A stretch of 64,000 bases of DNA, taken from NCBI RefSeq assembly GCF_021028975.2, contig NC_059425.1:115444001-115508000 (forward strand). Direction: 5' to 3'. This DNA comes from Sphaerodactylus townsendi. Lineage: Eukaryota. Below, piece by piece: positions 11,381 through 24,722 of this stretch. A model generated the notes under the pieces. It did no database searches, was not told where the DNA came from, and saw nothing but the letters and a program-made list of their open reading frames with translations. Numbering within the stretch: the first letter of the stretch is position 1; each line of letters opens with the position of its first letter. The position numbers were made by a program, and so were the translations under genes.

Positions 11381-14005
11381 TTGGATGCATACCTTAACAT
11401 GGTGAAAGGATTTGTGTGAGTCAGTAAACCTGAGAGCAATACTGTAAGAAGTTTAGACTCTGTCAAGAGGCTAAACTTTTAGCAGAGTCATTTAAGGCAG
11501 AATGGCCACAGCTGAGACAGCAAACTAGCATGTGTCTACTCTCTTCAGGGATCAACAGCCACATCAGAAGAAGAGAACAAAGAGTTCCAAATTAATGAAT
11601 TAGCTGTGCATTAATCATCTTATGAAACACAATCAGTTTTAAGAGTCAGTGTAGTAGTTAATCTGTCAAACTAAGATCTTGGAGTTCTGTGATACTGGCC
11701 AGTACTGAGGGCAAATTTCTTGTCAGAAGGTGAAGTAGAATGTGTAAAGATTGTGTGGGAAGAATTCAGCCCAGAAGAGATATCACCCACAGAGCTTCCA
11801 TGGCACATGGGAATTTAAACCTGGATCTTCCAGGTACTACTACAACACTCAGTATTTTACATACTGTTCTAGCAGACAACTGGGATTTTAAAAAGTATTC
11901 TATATAAATCCCAGGTTTGAACCCAATGATAAGTTAAAGCCTGCCACCTTCATTGCCTCTTCTTGTCCTAATTTCTTAGCAAGGAGGTATGAGGGACGCA
12001 TATGCCAGAGCCCTGTTATAAGCTTTACCACCTACTGAGTGTTAATCCAATTGTCTTTTGTTTTTCATGTCTAATGCCCTCCTTTCTGGAAAGAGGTGGA
12101 AGAGCAAGACTCATTGGAACTTTTCTAAAGCAAAGGCTTCTCTCCCTCACCCCACCTCCATGTGCCAGGCTGAGAAACAAAACAATCCTCACAATATCAG
12201 TACTCTTCAAAAGGGAGACAGAGAACATTTCTGAGTGCCTAAACAGCTAACTCTTTCTGCTCTAGGATACAAAGAACAAAAAAGAACTCCATGGTTCTGT
12301 TTGGGGCAACCAGAAGTATTTTTCATTTTCAACCCCTTCAGCTCTCCACAAAACAGCCTTTTCAGCTGTTCTAAGTGAAAGAATGAACCTGTGTTCATGA
12401 GTGAGTGGATGCATAAAACCTAAACATGTTCAAATATATCCATATAGTGCTCTCTCCAAGTGACTGAGAAACCTGAACATTAATGGCTGCATGGAGAAAA
12501 CCATGTGTGTGTATATGAGATGTCCATGGACTCTATTGAGTTGCAATGAATGGAAATAAATTCTTCTTTAGCAAGCAATACGAGTATAGTACAGTTAGTA
12601 AGGAGGATCTCCCCACTCCCTGGAAGACTTTTTGGCTATGTGTGTGTGTACATGTGTGTAGTCAATGCTAAACAAAGCTAGAAACATATTTACTTGAAAA
12701 TCTCCTGGAAGAGGCTGAACATAAAAACTGAGCTGCTTGAGTTTGTTCTTAAATACGAGTTAAAGCTAGAAAAAAATTGTAACTTCATTCTGAAGTTGCT
12801 GTCTATGAAATTATAGCTTTCTCTCCAGCTTAAGCACTTAATTATTTTTAAAACTACTTGCCACACACTTCTGAGTACAATTATATTGTTTCATAGTGTT
12901 CCACTGTATAATTAAAAAGATGCATTACAGAATTAAAAGGTTTAGCTAGGCAAAATGCTAACTCTGTTAAAAATATTTTGTCTTTTCCATTAAATCATAC
13001 CACCTAAGATGTGCATTGTTTTGACATGAAAATAAGCAGACACTAGGTGATCTTTAATTTACTTGGGGGGTATTTCTTTGCACATATATTTATTTGTTTA
13101 TTTGTAAGTTTGGGAAGTTGGAAATGTTAGGATGTGGTGCTATGTTAAATCCAGTGAGAGGAGAGAAGCAAGTCGAAGTCTAACAGATCTAAGATATGAA
13201 AGATCTGAAAATTGTATTTGCTTTTTAATTTTGCATCTGACATTATACTTTTACACTGTCTGATCTGCAGTGATGCTATAGAATATTCACTATCATTCTG
13301 ATTCTCAGAATGAATGTATCAACAATAGAAACAGTGGTGATTCTATGAAGGAGAGGGAGCAAAATGAGTGAGCTTTTTGGCAGGATAGGGAGCAAAATGA
13401 GTGGTGAGCAAGCAGTAATCTGATGATTTGGATGCTGACGGGGTCTCAGGATGATAGAATGAAGCAGAGCCAAGCAGGGAGTGAACTGAGAGACAGAGAC
13501 TTTAAGAAATTATTGATGGAAGAAGCACAGGGCCAAGGGAGAGAGGAAAGAAGGCCAAGGTAAACACAAAGCTCATAAAAGGATAAGCAAAAAGGTTGAA
13601 TCATCCTAGGAAGGCTGATGGAGGGAAGGGCACTATCAAATAAAGGGATTCAGAGGTTGTCAATCAATGATCTCCAGCCCCAAAAGCTCAGTTGCAATGG
13701 AGGAAGTAATAATTAAATCCTCATATTCAATATGTTTTAAAATCCTGAAACCTCTAGTTGAATGTTTTTGCAGTCAAACTACCTTAAAAGCATTCTTTTC
13801 CCAAACATATAAAAGAGGCCAGAAGAATAGCTTACATTGATAGAACTTTTGACTCCATGTGGCAATTGTGAAACTGCTTCATGTCCATACAAGAAATAAA
13901 TTTGCTTCTCATTAAACATGAATATGCATCTTATCAAATAAACAGTTATTATTAGGGCTCCCAAATCTGAAAGATAAAAATAGTGTTTCAGAAGTTGGCC
14001 TACGG

Positions 14006-14095
14006 CAGGGGTGTCAAACATGCAGTCTGGGGGTTGGATCCAGTCCCTTGAGGGGTCAAATTAGGCCCATGAACCAGCTGAGGAAACCCCCACAC
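14006..14095 (+). mobile_element. hAT-type DNA transposon left-end fragment
   Basis: Begins CAGGGGTGTCAAAC, a hAT/Charlie-like TIR. No partner end was found. Confidence 0.4.
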
Positions 14096-14104
14096 TCCCA
14101 ATTT

Positions 14105-14550
14105 AGGTGGGTTTAGATCAAATTAAAGCTTGTACTCTCTCTAGAACAGGGGTAGGGAACCTGCGGCTCTCCAGATGTTCAGGAACTACAATTCCCATCA
14201 GCCCCTACCAGCATGGCCAATTGACCATGCTGACAGAGGCTGATGGGAATTGTAGTTCCTGAACATCTGGAGAGCCGCAGGTTCCCTACCCCTGCTCTAG
14301 AAGCTTAAATGACTACACTGAAACTATTGTACTTTGGTCACATTATGAGAAGACAAGAGTCAATAGAAATGATGCTAGGAAAAGTTGAAGGCTGCAGGAA
14401 AAGAGGAAGACCCAACATGAGATGGCTTGACTTAGAAAGTGAACTGACAGCCTTCAGTTTGAAAGACCTGAGCAAAGCTGTTAACAATAAGCCTTTTTAA
14501 AGATAAGTAATTCATATAAGCGACTTGACAGCACTTAATACACACATACA
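14105..14550 (+). mobile_element. RTE (BovB-like) LINE 3' fragment, interrupted by a MITE
   Basis: ORF 14309-14500 reads LKLLYFGHIMRRQ...MLGKVEG.RKRGRP..RWLD, with tail gcgacttgacagcacttaatacacaca. The upstream LDQIK..SLE codons lie 5' of the MITE. Confidence 0.85.
14147..14294. mobile_element. 148-bp palindromic hAT (Charlie-type) MITE
   Basis: Near-perfect fold-back with TIR CAGGGGTAGGGAACCTGCGGC and a perfect 8-bp TSD CTCTAGAA (14139-14146 / 14295-14302). Confidence 0.95.
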
Positions 14551-15924
14551 CTTAATTCTTTTGACAAAAATGTAGGTTAGATTATCAGATTCATTTTTGC
14601 AAATAAATGAAAATATTATTCTATGCTTAGCTTTCTATGCTCATCGTCTTTTTAAAAAAACCCTTCAAAATGTTTCTAGTGACATAACGATGAAATTACA
14701 CATGTGCCGATAACATTAACAGAATATTCAAGACAAGAAAATATATTCTTGTCTCAGAGATACTCTTGCCTCAACTGAAATAGAAGTTATTTTTTAATGA
14801 TGGATTAATATTACCTTCCCATGATGCTGTTCTGACTTTATATATTCATTAATAATGGTCAAAATATGATTGAGTGAAAATCCCTTAATCCTGACAAATC
14901 TCCAGATTAAATTCACTTGTTATTTTAACAGAAGTTGAGTAGCAGATATAGAACATTTATCTTTATCACATTTTCTTTAGGGATTGCAGTTCAGAAAGTG
15001 AAGTCCTTTTGATCGACAATGCCTTTTTTCGTAAAAAAAACCCCTTTGAAGTTAAATTTAATTATAATTATGTAGGATTATATGAAAATTACTCTTTAAC
15101 ACCACCTACTAAAGTAGGTGGCTGCTATAAATGGTATCTGCTTGTAAAATGACTAGCAATTACACGTACACTGCATTTTCCTTGAATTTCCAAGTATACT
15201 GCAAGCACCCCCAAGTATATTGTATTTCTTTACTATATCAAATTCTTGATTCCCTGAGTAAAACTATGCTTTTCTGAACACATGCACTATGCCATATGAA
15301 TTGTTCATTTGTCATGAGTGGGACAAGTAATATGAAAGTTTTGAAATTGAGAAACCTTTCATTAAAAAGTAAAAGGGGAAAAATTCAGTATGTGAAATTC
15401 AGCCAAGTAGTCTGAAAAATCAGCCAAAGGAATGAACATGTTTTTTCTGTTTCTTCAGCCTCTTCCTGCCTGCTTCAATGAGTGCCATACAGAAAATTTG
15501 CATTAGCAAGTGATAAAAGTGTCTGAGATCATAGGTAGACAAGTATCAGAACCAGGGCCAATGTTATGACCATTTGTTGTATCAATGGGTCACAAAACTC
15601 ATTCTTTTCTCTTTTTTCCTTGAATGCTGTCTTGAACTTCTTAACAGTAAATGCATACAATAGCATTAAAGGAGAAAAAAGAGAAGAAACATTCAAAACA
15701 GAAGCAGTTTAGCAGTGGCATTTTTCTCAGAGTGCTCTTGATGTAGCATGGTAGCAAAACATATATGGAGGATATATGTATAGAGATTATCAAGCATGTG
15801 TCAGTGTGAATAAAGTCCAGTGTGAATAAGGTCCATTGATTAAATACCAGATGTAAATGGTGACACATGTGTGCACACATATACAGAAACACTACTGAGG
15901 GTTCATTTAAACAAAGAGATGTGG

Positions 15925-16155
15925 GTCATGAGCCAGTCCCTGGATGATGAGAATTCTGATGTAGAGCCTGAATACACCATGAATCCAGAACTGACTCCTT
16001 GCAAAAAGATGCTGGAAATAGAGTCAGTTTCAAGCCCTTCCCCACAAGCTGAGGCAGAGCTAACTACAAACTCTTCCCAGCCAGCCCACATTGACCCTGG
16101 TCTGCCTGACCACACCTCAGCTAACACCTGCCAGCAGCACAATGTGGTCTCTTGA
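15925..16155 (+). mobile_element. Possible degraded LTR fragment
   Basis: GC-richer block starting gtcatgagccagtcc...gatgatgagaattctgat, reminiscent of squamate Gypsy LTR starts. No TSD or second end was found. Confidence 0.25.
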
Positions 16156-16351
16156 CTAGTCAGGAAAAATCATAGCAGTCCTGAGCACTGGAAATAGGGA
16201 TTGTATATCACAGAAGAATAAATGCATGTATGCAGTCAGTCAGAATAATATCAAGCATGCATGTAGCACCAAAGCATGCATGTAGCATAACTAGAATGTA
16301 CTAGAATATCCAATATAAATGTCAAACACTTCAAGGCCCACACATGCTGTA

Positions 16352-16510
16352 CTAGGAATGCCAACCTCCAGGTGGAACCTAGGAAACCCCTGGAATTACA
16401 GTTTATTTCCAAACTACAGAGATCAGTTTGCCTGGAGAAAATGGGTATTTGGGAGAGTGGACTCTGTGTACCCCACTAAGGTCCCTGTCTTACCCAGGCT
16501 CAATCCTAGG
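16352..16510 (+). mobile_element. Short dispersed repeat with (T)AGGGTTGCCA-type end (hAT-Blackjack-like MITE)
   Basis: aggaatgccaacctccaggtgg...ggaattaca...ctacagagatcagtt..cctggagaaaatg. Related pieces occur at ~5130-5195, ~25730-25797, ~31590-31805 and ~45710-45888. Confidence 0.5.
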
Positions 16511-16539
16511 GCTACTCCTTATCAGTCATTTACCATGTA

Positions 16540-16905
16540 TTATTTGGTCAATCATGGCATCTTGACCAGCCACCTATCAGCATGGGGATATCTAGGAAAC
16601 CCTTACAGTGTTTGTGCTCATTTCTCCATGGGCAAGGATAGAGGGTTGCAATTGGGGAGAGAACTTCCACACCTTGTGAATTGGTGAGTGGTGTCCCACA
16701 AAGGGCGATTCTCTCACCACTATTATTTAACATTTATATGTGCCCTCTAGCTGGGTTGATCCAAAGGTTTGGACTGGGTGAACCAATATGCTGATGACAC
16801 CCAGTTGTATCTGATGATGAACGGTCATTAAAATACTGCCCCAGCTGTTTTGGGCAACTGTCAAGAGGTTCTAGTGCAGAGGATGAAAGAGCCAGCTGAA
16901 AGTAT
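16540..16905 (+). mobile_element. Old L2 LINE RT fragment
   Basis: GVPQRAILSPLLFNIYM.PL ... QYADDTQLYL motifs at ~16690-16815. Confidence 0.75.
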
Positions 16906-19369
16906 CAGCAGTGTCTTTTTAGAATTTTAGACCTTTCATGTAGGCTAACTAGGATTAAGCCAATAGCATATGACATTTTAGTAGAGTTTAGGACTTTTTT
17001 CATTGTTTTGATGTTTGTAGAGCCTCCATTCTGAAAACAGTATATAGGAAAATATCCGAGTAGATATTTTTAAAATACTAAATATTTTTTAAATAGATAT
17101 TTTTAAATACTTTTCATTCTCATTGCCTTTGTTCCTGTCCACTAACACTGAGCCCATCCTCTGGTTATTCCTGGAGTAGATTCCTGAGAGATATGCTGAG
17201 AATACCCCTTCTGTGAGCAAATATGAGAGGCATGAGACTATCTGTAGAATAGTAAAATGGGGAAGACAGATAAAATGTAGGAGGATGCAGGAGTTTCTGC
17301 ATAACTGGGGGGTTCTACAAATAAGCAGGAAAATATTTGTTTGAAAATGGAGAAGAAACTCCATCCCCCTCCCTTTCATTTAGCATAGTAAACTCTGACC
17401 GATTGCCCTTGTTTACCATCATGTGACCAAACAAGTCACCACAGTTAACCACACATTTAGCTGCATGGCAAAGAAAAGTAATTATTCAGTCATAGTGTGT
17501 TAGATAAACTGATAAATGCAAAACTGGTCTCATCTAACAAGAAACACAAATAATGGGCCAGTATCCAGCCCACATTCATTCACTCAACAGTGGCTGTTAC
17601 TTGGATGTTAGTCTACTAAGTTTAAAGCATGGTTTTTATTGAATGCTAAGTGTCTGATGTTGCCTCAAATGAAGGTTAAAACAGGGTAGAGGTTTTTTAA
17701 AAGATACAAACACAAAACAATATTTCAAGTCTCATTGAGTTAAGCATCTGCATCTGTGGACTTAACTGCAGTCATAATTACCAGGACAGATGTAAAAAAT
17801 AATTTAAAAATGTTAATGACAGGAACATTTCATGGAGGGATGGGGGCTGTTCATTATAATGTTTATACCTTTAAGGCAGCAAAGTGTAAAAAAGAATAGA
17901 ACCACTCATACCTCCCAGAGATCCTTGGAGGAAGAGTGATGAAAAATTTAATAGAGGCACTGAGTGTGAATTGTATTATCTTTTTCTTTTGGATTTTTAT
18001 CTTTGTTGCAGGGCTCCATTCTCAAAGTTTCTTTCCAAATTCGATCTTTCTAATTTTTAGTACCTATCCTGAAGTGCAAATCATATTCTTTCTCCTGCAT
18101 AAATAGTGCTAGAAGTTATCTGGAGATCATGATAGAGTCTTCTCTTCATTTCCCTAAGGCAGGATCCTTTATATATCAATGCCTTTTAAATCATGAATAG
18201 TAACCTCTCCCATGTCCAAAGAATAAACCACCTGGCTCTAATTAGTATGTTCCCCAAGAAGGAAGCTGTGATCTAGGATATACTTTTTTTTAATGCAATT
18301 GTCTATGCCTTCCTTTTCACTTCCTTATTTCCAAAAACATACTTTGAAGAACATCTGAGAGCATCTTGCGTTATGAATTGTCACAATTATGGCTCATATT
18401 CTCAAACTGTGAGGCAGTCAGGTGGCTAAAGCTGGAGTTGGTCAGCCCAACTGCTCAGTTCGCTCCTGGATTCAGTGTAGTTTAGGTTGAGCTTTAAACT
18501 GCAAGCTCAAAGTTGGCTGGTCACTGTTCAATGGCCGTCCCTTCTTCCAGCTCCACATGAAGTTTGGATGTTGTGTAGTTGTGAGGGGGCAGCTGGCAGT
18601 GTGCCCCCCATGAAATCTGCCCAAGTAGCACCTGGGGCTCCAGCCTCCTCACACACCCCTTGTTATGCTCCTGGGCAAGCTTTCAGGAGAAGGGTATTCC
18701 AACAGCAAGGAGCCACCACTGGAAAAAAAACCCCTCCAGTCACTACCTACCTCATCTCTGCAGGGAGATGCTCAGAGAACTTGGCTCGAGAAAACTTAGA
18801 TCAATCATTCACAGTTTTTAATGTGAGGACAACCCATTTAAGATAGTATAAAAAGACCAACTGAGTTTATCCCCATCATCTCCAAAATTTTGTAATGAGT
18901 GGCAAAGGGGAGCATATATGTGGTGATTTGTCAGTCTGCGTGCTCATGAAAGACTGAGAAGGATTATTTGTGTGTGTGTACTTCTTCTTGGTATCATGCT
19001 TGAGTATGGAAAGGTGTCTTTGCAGGATCAGTGCACATCTGCTATAAAACAAGTTAATGATTTTAGAACATTATAGAATTGTTTAAAGTGGAAGATAATA
19101 CAAAGTGGGAGGGCTTCATTTTCAATTTTTCTTTGGCGATTTGTGGCTTGTCATATATAAAAGATTATATTATCACCACCACCGTTGTTACTATTAGGAC
19201 CTGAAGAGGTCCATAAGAAGCCTCTATTTTAGTGTGATGTCAAAAAAACCCCTCCAGGACTAGTTTCATCATGTTTTCAACAAAAGAACTGTGATTACAA
19301 GTTGCCACAAAAGATTGAGTGTAGTAAGGACTATATTTAGAGAACAAGGGATGGATGAAGTGTGTGCTG

Positions 19370-19640
19370 TCAGCAGACAGGGCGTAGTCAGGTCCAGTCT
19401 TGCATGGCCAAACACACAGCAGGCAAAAGTGTAGTCTGATAACAGTCCAGTGGGTCAAGGCAGGTGGCAGGTGAAACGTAGTCAGATTGCAGACCAGTGG
19501 GTCGAGGCAGATGGCAGGCAAAGTCAGAACAGGCAGCAGGTTGTGGTACAGGAGTACCAATAAATAGGCTGGGGATCAGCGATGAACCAGGCACACAGTG
19601 GTGACAGGCAGAGGTGTACGGCTTATAGGGACATAGGATC
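19370..19640 (-). mobile_element. Gypsy-like LTR fragment
   Basis: Two ~47-bp internal repeats (gtagtc.gat..cag.ccagtgggtc.aggcag.tggcagg), GC-rich, with a TATA-like ctataag on the minus strand near 19625. Ends are not defined. Confidence 0.4.
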
Positions 19641-20460
19641 CCCAGATGCATGCCTTTTGGTCATCCCCCACCCCTGCCGGGTGCCCCCCTCCCCACGTGA
19701 CTAAAAGGCTACAGAAATCAGCCTTGCCAATCCCACACCATAAAACATAAATAATTCATTTCCTTTGCTCCAGTGTGCCTGAGTTTCGTTAACTCATGGA
19801 TGGTATTGGAGAAACCTGAATACAGTTGACAAACGACATGAAGAATGTATCATCAATATGCTGAGAAACTTTCACATTCTGTCTTCCTTAACATGTCCAA
19901 TGAAAAATATGCAGTGCATTATAGTGGAATGATATATTCTTTCCTTGTTTCAATGAAATTGTAGATAATAAAGAACACATATTAATAGACACACTCAACT
20001 ATTCAATTCGCTCTTCCTGCCCTTCTGACGTGTGCATATTTACATTGCCAACATCCAAATAAGATGGAAACCTTTTAGGCCAAAATAATAATATTACAAC
20101 ATCATTTCTCCCATGCTGAAGTCTGCATGCTTTAAAATAGCTTTAGAAACTATTCTGTGTTCTGCCAACACAGAAAGGCTAATACAAGAACTTAGCTTGA
20201 TAAGAGTGTAGAATGGTGCGGCTTTTGAAATATACCACACTTGTTCCAATACAGGAAAGCACAAGAAGGCATGGTTTCTATGTAGTTTTTTTATGTTACT
20301 ATGGCCAACAGTAAAAGCACACCTAAAAATGCCTCATTTTTAAAAAGTCAGGACTTTGTGCCACAGTTCTGAAAACTGGTGCTACTGATAAGAAGAGAAC
20401 AGCATTTTAAAAAGACACACACAGGCAGACAGACATTTCACCAATATGTGTGTCTAAACA

Positions 20461-22436
20461 TTGACTACAATGAGTGAACTGGAGGCTCCCTTGCCATCTT
20501 CCGGCCCTTGTTTGGCCCAGTTCTCCCTGCTCTCCGAGGCCGCTGTTGACAGGGCCCTGGCTGCTGTTAGACCTACTACCTGCCCTCTGGATCCGTGCCC
20601 CTCCTGGCTTATTAAAACCTGCCGGGCGGAGCTACGACCCCATCTGTTGAATATCATCAATAGCTCCCTTGAGCAAGGAGTTTTTCCGGATGGGTTGAAG
20701 GAGGCAGTGGTCCGCCCGATCTTGAAAAGACCATCGTTAGATCCAGGGGATCTGGCCAATTACCGCCCCGTCTCGAATCTTTCGTTTCTGGGGAAGGTAA
20801 TTGAGAGAGTGGTGTTGGAGCAGCTTCAGGGCTTCCTGGATGACACATCGGCCTTTGACCCCTTCCAGTCCGGCTTCCGTGCTGGGCACGGGACGGAGCC
20901 GGTTCTCGTCGCCCGTCACAGATACGCTCCGTATGCAGCTTGACCAAAGGCGGATCGGGCTGCTGGTGTGGTTAGGCCTTACCGCAGCGTTTGTTGTGTG
21001 CGATCACTACCTTTTGACCTACCGCCTGGCCGTTTCCGGGATACGGGGCACTGTCCTTCAATGGATTGCCTCGTTTCTCTCCGGGACCGTTGTCAGCTGG
21101 TGTGGTGCGGGGACCAAGCCTCTCGGAGGTGCCCACTTCAATGTGGGGTGCCTCAGGGAGCGCTGCTGTCCCCGCTATTATTTAACATCTATATGCGACC
21201 ACTTGCTCAGCTGGTACGGAGCTTTGGGCTGATTTGTCACCAGTACGCTGATGACACTCAGCTCATTCTGTTGATGGAGGGGGAAGCTGTCACGGCCCCT
21301 GCAGCTCTACAGCATTGTTTGGAGGCGGTCGCTGGTTGGTTACAGCAGAGCAGGCTGAAACTGAATCCATCGAAGACGGAGATCCTTTGGCTGGGCCGCA
21401 GGGGGGAGGCAGGGGATTTCCAGCCGCCGGAGTGGGAGGGGACCATTTTGGCGCCGGCCTCCTCTGTCCGCAGTCTGGGGGTCCACCTGGATTCGTCTCT
21501 TTCAATGGAGACCCAGGTGGCCCTTGTAACCCGGACTGCATTTTTCCATCTTCGGCAGGCCCGGCGGCTGGCCCCCTTCCTCTCTCAGGCAGCCCTGGCC
21601 ACTGTGATACATGCAACGGGCCCCTCCAGGCTTGACTATTGTAACGCGCTCTACGCGGGCCTTCCCTTGAGCCTGATTCGGAAACTGAAACTGGTCCAAC
21701 ATGCAGCGGCGCGTTTGCTCACAGGGGGCACCTTCTGTGATCATATTCAACCTGTGCTGCGCCAGCTGCACTGGCTTCCAGTGGAATTCTGAATCATCTT
21801 CAAGGTGTGGGTTTTAACCTTTAAGGCCTTACGTGGCCTGGGACCCTCGTATCTGAGAGACCGCATTACCCCATATGCCCCTACTCGGCCTCTGCGATCA
21901 GCAGAGGCCAATTTGCTGGCGGTTCCTGGCCCCTCGATGATGCGGCTGGCCTCCACACGGGCCAGGACCTTTACGGCCCTGGCCCCAGCCTGGTGGAACA
22001 CTCTTCCTCCAGCTGTCCGGGCCCTGCGGGACCTTGATGAGTTCCGCAGGGCCTGTAAGACCGAGTTGTTCCACCGGGCCTTTGGAGTGTCCAGTCGCTG
22101 AGTGGCGCCCCCTTCCCCCCCCCCCCCCTCCTGCCCCCCTGCATCTTCTTGCACATACCATCTGTTGCACTTTACCACCTATTATCCTCCCAGAGAGGAA
22201 CCTGACCCCTCCCTTTTCTTTTACTGGGGTGATCTAAATTGAATTGGCCATAATAGGGCACCTATTATGATGCTAACCGCTGTTTTTAAGTAGCTTTTAA
22301 TGGTTTTTAGTATTATATTGTTGTTATCGATTTAATTAATTGTATATGTGAATGTTGTTCACCGCCCAGAGCCCCCAGGGGATGGGGCGGTTTATAAATC
22401 GAAACAATAAATAAAATAAATAAATAAATAAATAAA
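20461..22436 (+). mobile_element. Young 5'-truncated L2 LINE (RT plus C-terminus plus 3' UTR)
   Basis: ORFs 20461-20943, 20801-21232, 20968-21792 and 21805-22101 give TCPLDPCP, NYRPVSNLSFLGKVIER, QSGFR, GVPQGALLSPLLFNIY, YADDTQL, RLDYCN and LHWLP. CpG-rich, with a terminal stem-loop accgccc..gggcggt and a (TAAA)n tail. Confidence 0.95.
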
Positions 22437-24055
22437 CGAGACATTATTGATTAGTGCTGGCTAAAACATTTAAGGTCAGATTCATTTAGCCCGAAACAAA
22501 GCCACAAATAGAAACTCTGAGGCAGGAAATTAGAGAAACTTCTTGTATCCTGTTCCTCTAGTGTCCAGTATCTGTGTATTCTCCCTGGGGCATCTTTAGG
22601 ATATAGTCCACTGTGCTGAAACATTTTAAAGAGGTTTTGGTTGTCCACCAATTAACAATTACCTGATTAATTGAAGTGGAGTGGCATGTTTATTGAAAGA
22701 ATATACATAGTAGTTAGATATGTTGAAAGTGTAACTAAGGGAGGTTTTCAGTTTATGACTGGAATGTCAATCATGACAGCACCAGAGGTGCTGTTCTGAA
22801 AATAAACATGAGGCTGACAGCCAAATATTCATTGCATACTTTGGGAACCATTGCCATTCATTTTCTCGCCACAGCTTAGGCTGGAAAACTAGGTTTCCAA
22901 TCCAAACTTCATTTTTACCCAACCTAAGCTCCTTCCAAAACCAACTGAACATGCCTGAAGCTTTATATGATATCATGCCAAGAATTTTAATGGAAAGTTT
23001 GAAACAAATTAGACTTTATGACTGAGAGACTTATGATTTATTTTTTAAAAAAACATTTCCGTATCCCAAATTATGTGCAGAATATTTCATTTTGTAAATT
23101 TGGCTAAATAATTTGTCCTTTCTGGTGGTTTGGGCATAATTATTTAGCTACTACAACTATATATGAAAATATTCAGGCTTCTGAATCAGAATATTTTCTA
23201 AATCATTTTTTATGAAGTTTAGAGGACCAGAACTCAACCATGTTCGCTTGCAAAAAATATCATAGCACAGAAGCTGTGGTATAAGTTTTATACTTCATGG
23301 TGAACATATTCACCATTGCTACCATTGGCAAGCATTTTTGCGGTTGTCCAAATTCAGTGGTGATGGAGTTTAATTTCCTTGAAATTGCTTTTTCATCTGC
23401 ACAGCCAATAAAATTAATTTTCTTCCAAAATCACAAACCATGGTGTTACTCTTTGTTTCTGTGTTTGTTTGTTTTTAAAATCACCCTATTTATTTATGAT
23501 ATAATTGGCTGGCTGGTTTGCTCACTTTTCAATGAAATAATTGTGGGAGGGGAATTGTTCTGGGATTGTTCTGGGGGGGAAAACTTACATTCCAATCGAA
23601 TTGTGTGAGAACTTGCAATGCTGAAATGCTGTTGATTGCACTTTACTGCACTTTTTGAATATGTGAAAGCCAGCCCACTGAACAGATTTGAACTGCCACT
23701 GAACAATTGAAACGCCCAATTAAAAAATCAACTCCCTACTTGAATCCCCAAGCAGATTGTAAACCAAGCAGACAGGTGCTTGAGCATCCTTAATTTTTAA
23801 AAAATTAATACAATTAAATGTAAATATGAATATAGTGTCATATTTGAATCCTCAGGGTTTTTTCCACATATGTTCTAATGTTGCTCTGTCCTATTACTAA
23901 ATGTTGTATCACAATGAATGGGAACTGCCTCCATTTGACTATTATTTCTGAAGAGATTTCACAAGGTGTTTATTAAACTACTTCTTCAAAACATTTGTAC
24001 ACCAACTTTCCACTCAACTTATCATTTTAAATTCCGCAAACAATCAAAACACTAA

Positions 24056-24722
24056 GGCCGTTTCTGCACAGACAAAAGGAGCAACGTGATGACGTCGTAA
24101 ATAGCAACGCATCCGCGAAAAAGCGTTCGCACAGACAGGTGGAGCTGCGTGCGTCAGGAGCCCCGCAGAAATATGACGGTTCGCACGGAAGCGCTGCGGA
24201 AGTGGCGTCTCGCCACGCTCCGTTGCGGCTGCGCACTCGCGAAGCACCGCGATTGGCTGACGTGACTGCCCTGATGTCCTGCCCGTCCCCCATCTGTCAT
24301 TGCCTCCCCTCCCAGCTACTGTCAGTCCCAGTTCATGTTACCTGTGAGACCAGAGTGTGTATGGGCAGCCACCATCTGCACAGGCGACATGGATCTGGGA
24401 AAGATGCTTGACCATGCAGGGAAATCACCAGGGACAAACGTGTGTGTGTGTGGGGGGGGACGGTGACCAAGCTTGGCCTTTTGGCAGTCGCCATTGTTGA
24501 GAACAGCTCCGTGGCGGCGGTTCGCACGACTGCGGCGTCGGTGCGTCACATGTGGAAAAAGAGCGCTTCGAAGAGTTTTTTGAATACGGCGTCTTCGCGC
24601 CGATTAAGCGTTTTTGCGACGGCGCGACTGCGCACCTCCGCCGCTATGCGTGTGAACGCTCTTGCTCTGACGTTTCTTTTCCCATTTCCACGACATCATA
24701 TTTCGCCTGTGCGGAAACGGCC
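24056..24722. mobile_element. 667-bp CpG-rich Harbinger/PIF non-autonomous element
   Basis: TIR GGCCGTTTCYGCACAG at both ends (1 mismatch in 16) and a 3-bp TSD TAA (24053-24055 / 24723-24725). Confidence 0.85.

Noticed and set aside
15102-15121. Short perfect hairpins (ccacctact-aa-agtaggtgg; also 29060-29081)
   Set aside because: 9-10-bp stems are within chance or template-switch expectation in 64 kb, and there is no supporting context.
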